Shown piece after piece: positions 1 through 12,000 of a stretch of DNA of 64,000 nucleotides. How positions within the stretch are numbered: the first letter of the stretch is position 1; every line of letters starts with the position of its first letter. The notes below the pieces were generated by a model, which made no database searches, was not told where the DNA came from, and saw only the letters and a list, made by a program, of their open reading frames with translations. The position numbers and the translations under genes are program-made. The DNA is from an uncultured bacterium. Lineage in GTDB: Bacteria > Oederibacteriota > JAAXVQ01. The stretch spans positions 20,702 to 84,701 of the forward strand of contig CAZQGO010000009.1 in NCBI GenBank assembly GCA_964593065.1. The letters are read 5' to 3'.

Positions 1-1
1 C

Positions 2-3000
2 AGGCAGCCGCGGGAGCGGCGCACGGTGGTGGATTCCAGCGGAGCCGAGACCGTCTATCCCGGACTGGATCCGGTGAAGGTTGCGGCGCGCATGCTCGGC
101 CTGGAAGGCCGGACCGTGGTGGACACCTACGATTTCCTGTCCGACGCGGACATCAAAACCTTCCTGGCCTTAGGCTGGGATGTGCGCGCCATGGGCAAGG
201 GGCATATCGAGGTGCTGGCCGGCCAGCTGACGCTCGCAGAGAGAATCGCCGCCACCGAGGAACTGCTCGCGGAACTGACGAATTTGGCCCGGCCGCAAAC
301 CCTGTCCGCCCTGCAGGCGCAGGGCTCGTCCTTAGACGCCGCGGCCCTGGACCGGGCACGGAGAACGGCGGAGGCGAAACTCGCCTACCTCAAAGCCGAA
401 GTCACCGGCAGCCCCGACCGCAACCGCCTGCAGACCGCCTACGAGCTGGCCAAAACCGGGCAGGAGCTGCGCTACGCCCATGCGGAAGAGCAGGCCGCCC
501 TGCGCGCCAAGCAGGTGTACCTGAACTACCAGCAGGAGCATTACCGCCTGCTGGACGAGGCCGAACCGGCCCGTGTGCAATCCCATCTGCGCCAGGTCAG
601 GCGGTTCTACACGCGTTATCGCCGGCTCTGGGCCGAGCAGCAGCGCCGGACGCATGCCCGCCTGGCCGAGATCGCGATCGCGCCCCGCCAGCGCGTGATC
701 CTGCGCACACTGCAGCAGATCGCCGAATTCGCAACGGCGCTGGCCGGCGTTCTGCAGCGCCGGACCGCAGCCGTGCCCGAGGAACGCCTGCAGGGCCGGG
801 CCCTGCGGCGGGAGCTGTCCGGCACCAAGTATCTGCAGGACCAGCTGCAGCGAACCCTGGACGATCTGGACCGCATGTACGTGGAGCTGCTGGACCCCGA
901 GGAACGCGCGGCCATGCAGCAAGAGTTGCGGCGGCTGCGGCGGCGACCCCGCCTGGCCCTGTCCGGGCGGTCCACGCGCACCGGACAGGTGGACCTGACC
1001 CAGCTGACCGCGGCCGAAAGCATGCGCGGCTGGAAGATCGAGATCCAGGACCGCGTTCACGCCGATTGGGAGCTCGAAAAACAGAGGATCCGCGACCTGC
1101 AGGACGGCGGCGTCTACGTGATTCTGCGGGACAAGCTCGTGGACGCCGCCGGCCGCATGCTGGAATTCGTGCCCTTCACGGTGTTCGAACAGGGGCCGGA
1201 CGGCAAACTCGTCAAGCGCGAGGATCCCCAGGGCTTCTCGCGGGCGCGCACCATCAAGTGGCGCAAGGATGCCGAGGGCGGGAAGCACCGCGCCCTCAAT
1301 CCCCTGTGGGCCAAATTCATGGTCAAGGTTCCGCTGAACCTGGCCCCGGTGGCTTCCGAGGATTTCACTCCCGAAATGTACCCCAATTTCGACAAGCTGC
1401 CCCTGGAAACGCGCGAATGGCTGGTGCGCAACGTATTCGGGCAGGGCAAAATCCTGTCCACCGTGGCCGGAGAGCCCCAGGCCCGGTTTTACCTCCTGAT
1501 GGACGTCAACCTCGATCCCCTCACCTGGGCCGCGGGCCGCGGCGGAATTTTGATGGACGCCGAAACCGACGAGCCGGTGGTGGTCACCACCGAGGAGGGG
1601 GCCGAGCAGGTCGTCATGCTTAAGGCCTCGGGCCCGCACCAGGCCATGGATCCGGCCCTGCTGGACGTGGACACCAGCCGGGTGGTGCAGGGCGGGCGCG
1701 TGCTGCACGATCTCTACACCGTGCACGCCCCGGACGGCGCGGTGCTGGGACAGATCGAGACCTATGACCGGAAGGTCGTGGAATTCCCGGTGGGCGAGGG
1801 CTATACGGCCCACGTGCGCGCCGGGCGGATCGAAACGCTCCGGGACCCGCAAAACCGGGAGGTGCTTTTCGGCACGGAACCGGCCGCCGACGGCTGGATC
1901 CAGTTGCACGTGCGGGCCACGGGGGAGAAGGTGGGCCGGGTGCGCATGCGCGAGGGCGAAGTTACGGAATGCCTGCTGCCCGGCGGATACCGCGTCCAGA
2001 TCCGGCAGGGACGCATTGCGGCCATTCAGAACGAAGCGGGCCGCGACCAGCTGGCCAGGATGCAGGTGCGGGGCGAACAGGTGACCCGGACCAGCAAATC
2101 CTCCCTGGGCCAGATCCTCGGCCACACCACCGAGGCCGACCCGGAATCCATACTGAAAAAGGAGGGCACGCCGGAGTACCGGGCCGGCCGGACCTCGCGC
2201 GCGCTGTTCCGGGCGGTTTTCCGCTACGCGCAGAACGGGCGGCACGAACTGCAGCAGCTGTGGCGGAGCGTACCCTCCACGGCGCGCCTGGGCTGGATGC
2301 TGCTGGGCGACGAGAGGGATTTTGATCCGCAGCAAATGACGCGCGTCATGGCGTGGAACGCGGCCGAAATCCTCGGCCAGACCGAAGCCTGCGTGCATAT
2401 CGCCCCCAACCCGGATAATATTTATTCCACGGAATACTACACCGACGAGGACAGCCAGATCCCCCTCTACAACGAGCGCGATCCTTACGGCGCTTTCTTC
2501 AAGTACTTCGGCTACGCCCTGCAGCTGATCTACTGGGATTTCGAAGGCGCCCGGACGGACAACTACGACACCATCGACCTGTCCGTCCTGCCGATCTGGA
2601 TTGACGCTTTCTTAGACCACCTGCTGGAAATCCGGCAGGGCGGTCGGCCGCTGGTGCGCAATCCCGAAGCGTTCGAACGTTTCCGGCGCCGGGCGCGCGG
2701 CGTCACCCGGGAAAACCTGGAAAGCTTTGAAAACGACTTCATGCAGACCTTGTGGAACGAATACCTGGCCCATCACGTCCTGCGCAACCGCCTGGAACGC
2801 GGGTATGAGCCGACCCTGGAAAGCACTTTTTCCAGCAGCGAGGCCAAGGGCCGCTTCGACCCCAACGACCGCGACAAGGCCGAACGTTTCCTACAAAACC
2901 AGCGGGAGCTGCTGGAAGCCGCCCGCCGCCTGAGCGCGGAGGAGGGATACGCCCCCCTGTACCTGCGGGGCGTGCCCTTCAATTACGACGAGGCCTTCGC

Positions 3001-6000
3001 CGAGCTGGACCGGAAAATGCAGCACGCGGCCCTGCTGGCCTCGCAACCGCCCCGGAAAAACCGCTACGCCGATATTTACCAGTTAAGCTTCTATCCTCCC
3101 CTGCGCCCCAATGTCTATTCCATCCTGGATTTCGCCGGCATCCGGCAGGGGCTCGCGAAAATGCGCCTGGTCATTTCGCAGGCCCTGCCGGCCGTGCTGC
3201 GGGAAAAGGTGGACGTGAAACTGCAGGACGTGCTGGGTTCGACCGAAACCCGGATCCGGGACATGTTCTACGACGGCCTGGAGAGTTTCGGCGCCTTAAA
3301 CTCGGAATGGGCCGAGTTTCCCCTGGTGCCGGCTTACTTTTCGGCCTGGCTGCGCCATGCCGGCCCGGCCGAAATCACCACGGCCGCCTCGGCGGAAGAC
3401 GTGTATTACCTTCTGCAGAGCGATTATCAGATGACCTGCCAGAATCTGACGCGCCTTTCCTCCCTGGGGCCCGTTGAATTCCAACCGCATCCCGTCCGTT
3501 CGGGGGAAGCCTTGTATTTTTATTACCGGCGCGGCAACCGGACCCATTACGTCAAGGTTGACCTGGCCAGCCGGCAAATCCTGCCGGTGAACGCCGAAAC
3601 CTATCGACAGGAGACCGCAGGCCGGGCGGCCCGGCCGGCGGAAACCGCAGCGCGCGCAGGACTGGCGGCCAACCTCCTGGCCCGCGAGGGTTTCCAGGCC
3701 GCGGCCGGGTACGGCGCGCTCACCGCGGGAATCGCGGGCATCCTGGCGGCCGCAGGAGCCGGCAGCCTGCTGGCCAACCTGACGCCGGTGGGGGTCGTGG
3801 TGGGTTTCTTGAGCGGGCGGGCCGCGCTCACGGCCCTGGCCGAATGGCTCATCCACGGCCAGCTGCTGCGCGGCAGCCCCGGCGAAGAGGGAGTGGTACA
3901 CGTCCGGGCGGACGGGTCCTTAGGCTTCCATCTCACTCCCGCTTCCCGTTTCACGCCGCTCAGGCGCCTGGTGGCCTACGGGCTGGGCTACCCCGTGGCG
4001 GCGGTGGTCGTGGCCACCGCGGCCTGGCATGAGTTCCTTCATACATCTATCCGTTCGGAAATCGTCGTGTACGGGCTGGAATCCCTGACCGTCCTGTCCC
4101 TGTCCGCGGTGGCCTTGCATGGCTTGTGGTTCGCGGCCGCGGCGGCCCTGGCGGGATTCGCGGTCATCCTGGTTCCCCGCGTCCTTGGCTGGACCAGCCG
4201 GGCTCTACGCCGGCGCGTTCAGCAGCAGGCGCTTCGGGCGCGCCTGGCCCGCGCGCAGCATACACTGCAGCGCTACGGGCAGCCGTTGTCGCTGCTGGCT
4301 CATTGGGACGAACTCACCCCCTCCCAGCAGGACCATCTGCTGACACAAATCGAGCAAACGGACTGGCAGGAAGCCGGCGACCTCTACGAGCGGCTCGTGC
4401 GCCGGGGCGAACAGCCCAAATTGGATGTGTCGCGAACCGAACCGGCACCCGTCATCACGGACCGGCGGGAGGCGGCCCTGGAAGCGGGCGAGGAAATCCT
4501 GTCCTGGGGCGCGGAAACGGGACGAGCCCGTTTTGCCTGCGTCCTGCCCTCCGGAGGCGGCGGAACGGGCTTGGGCTTCACGGATGAGACCGGCGCACTC
4601 CTGCCTAAAGGGACTTTTCCCGCCACGCCTTTGAGCAACGAGAGCATGTACCTCTCGCTGGTCCGGAAAAACCTGGCCGCGGCCCGGGCCCACGGCCATC
4701 AGAAAATGTACCCCTTTGTCATCATGGTCAACGAGGAAACCAACGAGGCGGTGCGGGCGCATTTCCGGAACTCCGACCTCTGGGACCAAGTCAAGGACCG
4801 CCTGCTTTTCGTCAATCAGAAAATGCTGCCGCAACTCGACCCGGAAACGGGCCAGGCTTTCCTGAACGGCCAGGACAGCCTCAGCCTCGGCGGCTGCGGT
4901 GCCGGAGACATGCTGGATTACGTGCTCGACGGAAAGCAGGGAGCCGAGGGGCTGGTATGGTCCGAGCAAGCCGGGGATTTCGTGCCGCAAAACGTGGTGG
5001 GCTGGCTGGAAGGTTTCGGCGTGGAATACACCCAGTATATGAACGTGGACAACCTCCTGACGCCGATCGCGGATCCGTATTTCCTCGGCGAGCATGCCCT
5101 GAGCCGCGACCCGGAGCAGGAACGCGGCGGCTGGGCCCACCGCTCCATCGGCATGATCCCCAAGCGCCTGTGGGACGAAGAAGGCCAGACCTGGCGCGAC
5201 CGCCTCGGCAATGTCGTCGAGGCGGACGTGGAGACAGGACCGGGCCGCAGGGAACGCCGCCCGGTGCCCGTGGATTACGGCCGGATGCGGGCGGTGGACG
5301 CCATGTGTTCCTGGGGCAGCCCGAGCTTCGTGCTGCTGACCCTGCCGAGCCTGCAGGGAGCCAGGAGAATTCCTTGGGCGGCCATCACCGGGAAAACCGA
5401 CTGGGACGAAACCGGGCGGAAGCGGCCCATCGTTAAATTCGAGCGCAAGCCCGACAAGCCGGGTTACGGGGTGTTGTTCGGATTCAATGAGGCGGACACG
5501 TTCGCGGCCATCAAAAAGCCGGACGGCACCCAGCCCGTGGAAACGCCCGCCTCCTCCAAACGCATGCAGTCCGATTTCTGGAAGCGCAAAATTCGGGCTG
5601 CCTGGCCGCAGTTAACCTTGGACGATGCCGCCTTCGTTGAGCTGCCCTGGGAGGCGGCCTACATGACGCCCGGCCAACTGCGGGCGGCCCTGGAAGCCAC
5701 CGACTTCGCGCGCCGGCAGCAGGAGCATCCGGGCGAGGGGATCCTGGTCCGGGCGGATCGCGCCGCCTTTGGCCGGTTCAGTCCGGCGGTTCAAGTCCTG
5801 CCCAATCCCCTGCGCGACCTGCAATCGATGGCGGCGGAGCAGTCGGAACCGAATCTGATCGGGGCGATGATGAGGCCCTGGATCGCTCGCGCCCTGGCGG
5901 GAAAACTGAATCCCTCGGATACCAGTGCGGTTCTCATGCGCCTGAACAGCCTGGACCCGAAGTTCATTAATTTTGATCAGGGACAGCGCCTGCTGAAATC

Positions 6001-9000
6001 TGCGCGGGCTTTCCGGCCGATTGCCACTCAGGCCCAACGCCAGGGCTTGTTCAGTTGGATTCGCCTCCTGGCAAAGTTGCAGGCCGAAAATCCCGCCTGG
6101 GCCAAAGCCGTGGCCCTCTTCGACCATGAAAGAAGCGGGGCCTACGTGGATTATCTGCGCGGAGTTGGCGAGCAAATCAGACGATTCCCCGTGGAAGAAT
6201 TGTTGGGCCCGGAACTTCTCGCCGCCATCGCCGCCACCAGTCCCGGCGGACGCCTGCCGGCTTCCCTGACGGTCGTGGATGATTCGGATGCCGACAGCTT
6301 GGAACGCCAATTGAATTTGCGCGATCACCCGGAGGCGGAATCAGGGCTTCCCCTCGCGGCCCGTCTGACGCTGATCAATCCTTATACCCGAACCGTGCGG
6401 ATGGTTCTGCTCGTGGGTCCGATGGACCGCCTCAGGAAAGCGATGAGAACCATCGCCGAAATGGAAGAAAAATTCGGAGGCTGGATTTACGGTCTGGGAC
6501 AAGTGGCCCTGGATTTCACGATTAAGCCTTTCAACGGGGAGGACGGTGAAGTCGATTCGTCCACCATGTACCTCGACGAAGACCTGCAGGGACGCGGCGT
6601 GGGCCGTGCCTTGTCCGAAGGCAGAAGGCGCCTGTTGATCCACCTCGTTCCCGGCGCGGTCATTCGCTCCAAAGTCCTCCATCCCGCGGCTTTGATTAAT
6701 CTCGTTCATCACTTTGGTGCAGAGATAGATTGGGAGGAGCCCCGCGTATTCAAAAGCTACTGGCCGCCAGTCCTTTCGGATTTGGGCTTGCTGCACGAAC
6801 CACTGCCGGATCAAGAAATATCCACAGCCCAAGCGGCCTTGCATCAAGCAAAAGCCGAGTCGCAAACTCCAGAGCTCAACGACGCGGAATTCCTGTACGA
6901 CCGCATCCGCGGTCTGGCCCAGCAAATCGCCCGCGATCCGGCCCAATATCCGCATTTGGCCGCAACCCATGGCTGGAAGCACAAAGAACTGCCCGCGAAA
7001 ATGCAGGGCAAGGAACAGGACTGGCAGAGCGTGGCCCATTTCCTGTACTCCATGATTCTGGACCGACTGTATGTCCGGGGCCGCGTACCCGATGTGGAGG
7101 AAGAGGCTCCGCCGGCTGCTCCGCCAGCCCCCAAAGCCTTGGGCGGGATCATGGATTGGCTCAAGGCGCCGGTCATGAAGGTCTTCGGCATCGACAGCGC
7201 GACCTACGACCGCCGGGTGGCCTGGTGGCTGGAGAACGGCCTGGTGTACGGCCTGGCCCTGCCCGGCGTCCTGCTGGCGCTGGCCTTCGGCGCGCCCTTG
7301 GTCTCGACCCTGGGCGCGGGCTACGTGCTGGCCTGGGCCGCGTTCGCGCGCCTGCACTACCGCCTGCCCTGGGCCGGGCGGGCGCCGCCCGCGCACCGCG
7401 TGGCGGCACTGGTCATCAGCCTCGTCAACATCTCCCTGCTGGCGGCGGTGCTGTTCGCGCCTTGGCTTTTCCCCGTCGTGTTCCTCTCCTCCTTTGTCGT
7501 GCATGGTCTCGTGAACGCCGGCTTCCTGGAGCGCGCGGCCGAAACTTTCCGGCGGACCAAAGCCTTGGGCGAGGATGCGATTGCGCGCATCCGCGCCCGC
7601 AGCACCGACCTGGCGGGAGGCTTTGCCTTCACCGGCCTGCTGGCCTTGCCGATCACGGTGCTGGTGCTGGTGCTCCGCGGGGTGGGCGGGCTCGTCATCC
7701 CAGGCATCCTGCCCTGGATCGCGGTGCCGGCCGGCGTCGTGCTCGTCTCCTGGGCCCTGGTCTCCCTGGCCCCGCCTTCCGCTTCGGCCGGCCGACCCGC
7801 GGCCCCGGCCGGCGGCGTTTCCCGCCGGCAAGTCCTGCAGCTCCTGGCCCTGTCGCCGGTGGTGGCGGGCGCGCTGATCCTGGCCGCCTGCACGCCGCAA
7901 CCGACCGCTGCGCCCACCCAGGCCTGGACCCAGGAATTGCGCACGCGCCTGTTCGTGCCCACTCAGCAGTATGTGGCCGACTACCTCGCTTCTCCGGAGC
8001 GCGTGGCCGATCCGAACGTGGACCATGCCGGGCTGGTCTCCTACACCGATCCGCAGACCGGGCGCAGAATCTTCCTGGTGCCCAACAGCCACGCCTCCAA
8101 GCGCGCACAGACTCTCATCCGCGAACACATCCTGCCCGAGATCGGCGACCGGGATCCCAACTGGCTGTTCGCGCTGGAAGGCATGAGCGCGGACATCGAC
8201 TGGAGCCGCATGTCCGCGCATCTGCCGGAATACTCGGACCTGCTGGAAAAGGCCGCGGCCGGCGGCGACCAGGTCTTCAATCCCCTGGTCGGAAATTACG
8301 ATCCGCGCGTGCTGGTGCAGGTGGCCAGCGGGACGCGCGTCAACCTCCTGGGCGTGGTCCTGGTGTACAACGACGCGGAGGCCGAACCAGGAGTCGGCGG
8401 CCATCTGACCGCGGACAGCATCCGGGCCATCTCCCCGGAACGCCTTTCCGACCTGGCGATGTTCGAGGCCGGCGTCCTCCTGCAGGCCTTCCCGGACCAC
8501 GAGCGGAATTCCGAAGCCTTCCGGGCCTGGCTCGCCGGATTGCCGGCGGAGACCCGCGAACAATTCGGCCCCGATACGGAAAGGAATTTTCGCCGGGGTT
8601 ACCTGGCGCAAATTTTCCTGAATTCACTGGTCCTGCAGCTGCAGACCGATCCAGCCCTCCTGAACTCCAACGTGGCCGAGATGAACGACCAGATGACCGC
8701 GGCCGCCGATCTCCTGTCGATGGACTTGTTCCGGGCGGCGCTGGCGGCCGAGCCTACGGACCGCAACGTGGTGGTGGTCTTCGGCGCTCTCCACCGCGAC
8801 GCGTTCGAGCAAACCTTGCGCAACGCGGGCTTCACCCAGGACCCCGGAGAGATCCCCGACGAGCACGGGACCTCGCAGCTGCCCCTGACGCCGTACGTTC
8901 TGCGCTTGGGGATGCCGGCCGGAGGGCCGGCGGCGTGGGGAGCGCTGGGTCTCCTGGGAACCGGCCGGGCAGGGGCGGCAGGCGAAGCCGCCGGCGCCGG

Positions 9001-12000
9001 GCAGCCAGCGATCCAGGCCGAGGCTCCGGCCGGCGAAACCACGCAGGCGCGGCTGCTGCTGGCCGTGCTGGTCCTCGGGATCGGCGCGGGCCTGGCGGGT
9101 GTTCTGGGCTTGGTGGTCGGCTTGACCGTCTCCCCGGTCCTCCTCTGGGTACTGGCCGGCGCCGGCTTAGTCGTTACGCTCGGCGTGCTGATCGCGCAGA
9201 CCGGCCGGACCACGGCCCGCGTGCCCGGGCGCCGGAATTTCCTGATCACGGGCAGCCTGTCGGTCCTGGCTCTGGTGCTCGCTGCCTGCGGCCTGCCCAT
9301 CCCGGCCACGGCGACGCCCGGTCCGGTCCAGCCAACACCGGAAATGCCCACCATCGAACCGACCTGGACCTACCCGCCGAGTCCGACGCCTCCGCCCACC
9401 CTGGAAGGCAAATTGCTGGCGGAATGGAACCACCGTAAATTCGTGCCGGAAAGAAATTTCTGGCTCGTGTACCCCGATACGCCCCCGGTGGAGGCCCTCG
9501 CCCCCAGTCAGGACCATGCCGAAATGATGGTGTACCAGCGCGGGGAGAGGACCGTTTACCTGATCCCCAACGGCCATTTATCCAACCGGGCTTTGGAACT
9601 GGAGCAGCAACACATCCTGGACGTGACCAACCCAGAGAATACGTCCGTGCTGAACAAGTTCCAGGCAGGCAAGGTCATGCTGGGCATCGAGGGCCTGAAC
9701 CCCAGCGCCCTGGTGGGAGGGTGGAACGCCGGCCCGGCGGTCTGGTCCCTGGTCGAGAAAACGAAGGATGCGGAACCCATCACCATCGCGGATCCCACCA
9801 TCGCCTATTCCGACCCCCTGGTCCTGAGCGCTCTCCAGGGGGAAGGCTTCCGCACCGTCGACATCGCCCTGCAGTTCGTGCTGGCCTTCCTGGAGGCCCC
9901 GAACGGCGGGCCGGTCGAGAACCTGGAACAGTTCAACGCCCTGTCCGAGCAGGACAGCGTGGGCACGATCTACACCGTCACAGACATCTTCATGGCCTAT
10001 GACCGCGAGTTCTCGGCCTCGCCGGACCTCCGGTCCGTGTACGAGCAGCACCTGGCCGAGGTCCGGCAAACGAATCCGGACCAGCAGGATACCTTCGCCG
10101 AACGCCGGGAATGGCTGCTGGCCTATTTGCGGCAGAACGTGCTGGATTACCTGGGGGCGTCTCCGGAAGCCCGGGCCCAACAGGCGCAGGACGTGGCCAG
10201 GATCGGCACAGAAAAGTTCGTGCAGAGCAACAAGCTGTCCAGGAAATTCTTCGAAGTGATCCTGGAACAGGTCCCGGCGGACAATGACCTCATCCTGGTT
10301 TATGGATTCCTGCACCAGGAGGCTTTCGAACCGCTCCTCATCGAGCAAGGGTATCAAAGGACACAGTACTACCCTGACCAGAATCCCAATCCCAGGAGCG
10401 AAGTGGACGGCACGCTGGCGCGCCTGCAGCCGGCGGACCAGACCCGGTCGCGGAGTTACCGGACAGCCCGCAGAGTGGAGGCCGTGCTCTCGAGCCTGAC
10501 CTCGCCCTTCCGGGGAGGCATCATGCCCTGGCTGCGAGGCCTGGTGGTCCGCCTCTCGGGCGGCAGGATCACCCCGCGCGCCTACGACCGTTTCATCGCC
10601 TTCTGGCTGGAGAACGTGCTGTCCCTGACCGCCGGCGGCCTGGTGGCCGCGGCCGGAGCGGCGGTGCTGGCCGTGGCGACCGGGGGCGCATTCGCGTTTC
10701 CGGCGACGGCGGCGTATTTCCTGGCATGGCCCCTCTTCTTCCTGTTGCACCTCGTGCCCGGACGGGAAGGGCAGCGGGCTCCGCCCCTGAACCTGGCCTT
10801 GGCGGGCGTGATCGCTGTTGTCAACCTCGCACTGGTTTTCACACCCCTGTCGTGGCCGCTGCTTCTCCTGTCGGGCGTACTGGTCCACCTGGCCGCGAAT
10901 GTGGCGGCCGCCGTTTTCTTCCGCGCGCGGGCCCTGCGGACCTGGACCCTGCCCAACGGGGAGAGGGTGAGCCTGCAGGCCGCGGACCAAGCCTTCCTGC
11001 AACAACACGCGGACGAGATCCTGCCCCTGCTGGACCCGGAAACCTTCGGCGCCTGGAACCGGGAAAAACTGGCGGCCGGGGAAGAGGGCTATGACGGCCG
11101 GCCGCACTACGGCAAATTCCAACACAGCCTGGCCATCACGGATTCATCCGGCAGGGTGATCGCCCTGGCCCTGGCGTATGAACGCGGGTGGAAGGAATAC
11201 CAGGAACTCGGTTCCGACAGCCTGTATCTCAACGTGCTGGCCGTGGCCCCGGATTACCAAGGCCTGGGACTCGGCACTCTGCTCACGCGCTCGGTCATCG
11301 AGCGCTTCCGGCGCAGCCGCTTCCTGCATTTCCTCAACCGGCCGCTGGCCGTGTCCCTGCAATCCCACGTACCGGAGGCGCAAAGGCTTTTTGAGCGCAT
11401 GGGATTCCAGGCCGTAGGAGAAAAAAGCTATCCAGCCAGGAACCTCGTGGACCGGGTGTATCTCTACCATGAGACCGGGCCGGCCTGGATCGACGTCCAG
11501 CAGCGGCCCCGTCCCCTGGGAACCGTCTTGGATCCGGCGGGGGAGAAATACCGGCAGGCGCTTTTCGCCCTGTCGCAGCAATTGCAGCGTTTCCGGGAAA
11601 TCCCGCAGGCCTCCGAACGGCAAGACCTGAAGCTGCGCCTGGTGGCGGCGCAGCGGGCGCTGCCGGCCCGGGCCCTGACCGAGCTGAACGCGGCCCGTGA
11701 GGGATTCCGCGCCGGCCGGCTCTCGGTGGAGGACTTGGCCGCCGTATTCCTGCGCACCACCGAACTCGGCCTGCTGGGCGAGACCGGTGCCTGGACCCGG
11801 CGCGACGGCACGACCCTGGACCGCCGCGAGCACGTGCTCGAGGATGCGCGAGCTTTGGATGCTTTGCTCCAGGGAAGGCCGGTCTACCTCGGCTTGGACC
11901 CATCCGAGGCCGAACGCCTGAACGCTCTGGCCATGCGCATCCGCTTGAATCCCGAACTCCGCGAGGACCTGGCCCTGGCGCTGATCCTGCACGATTATGG

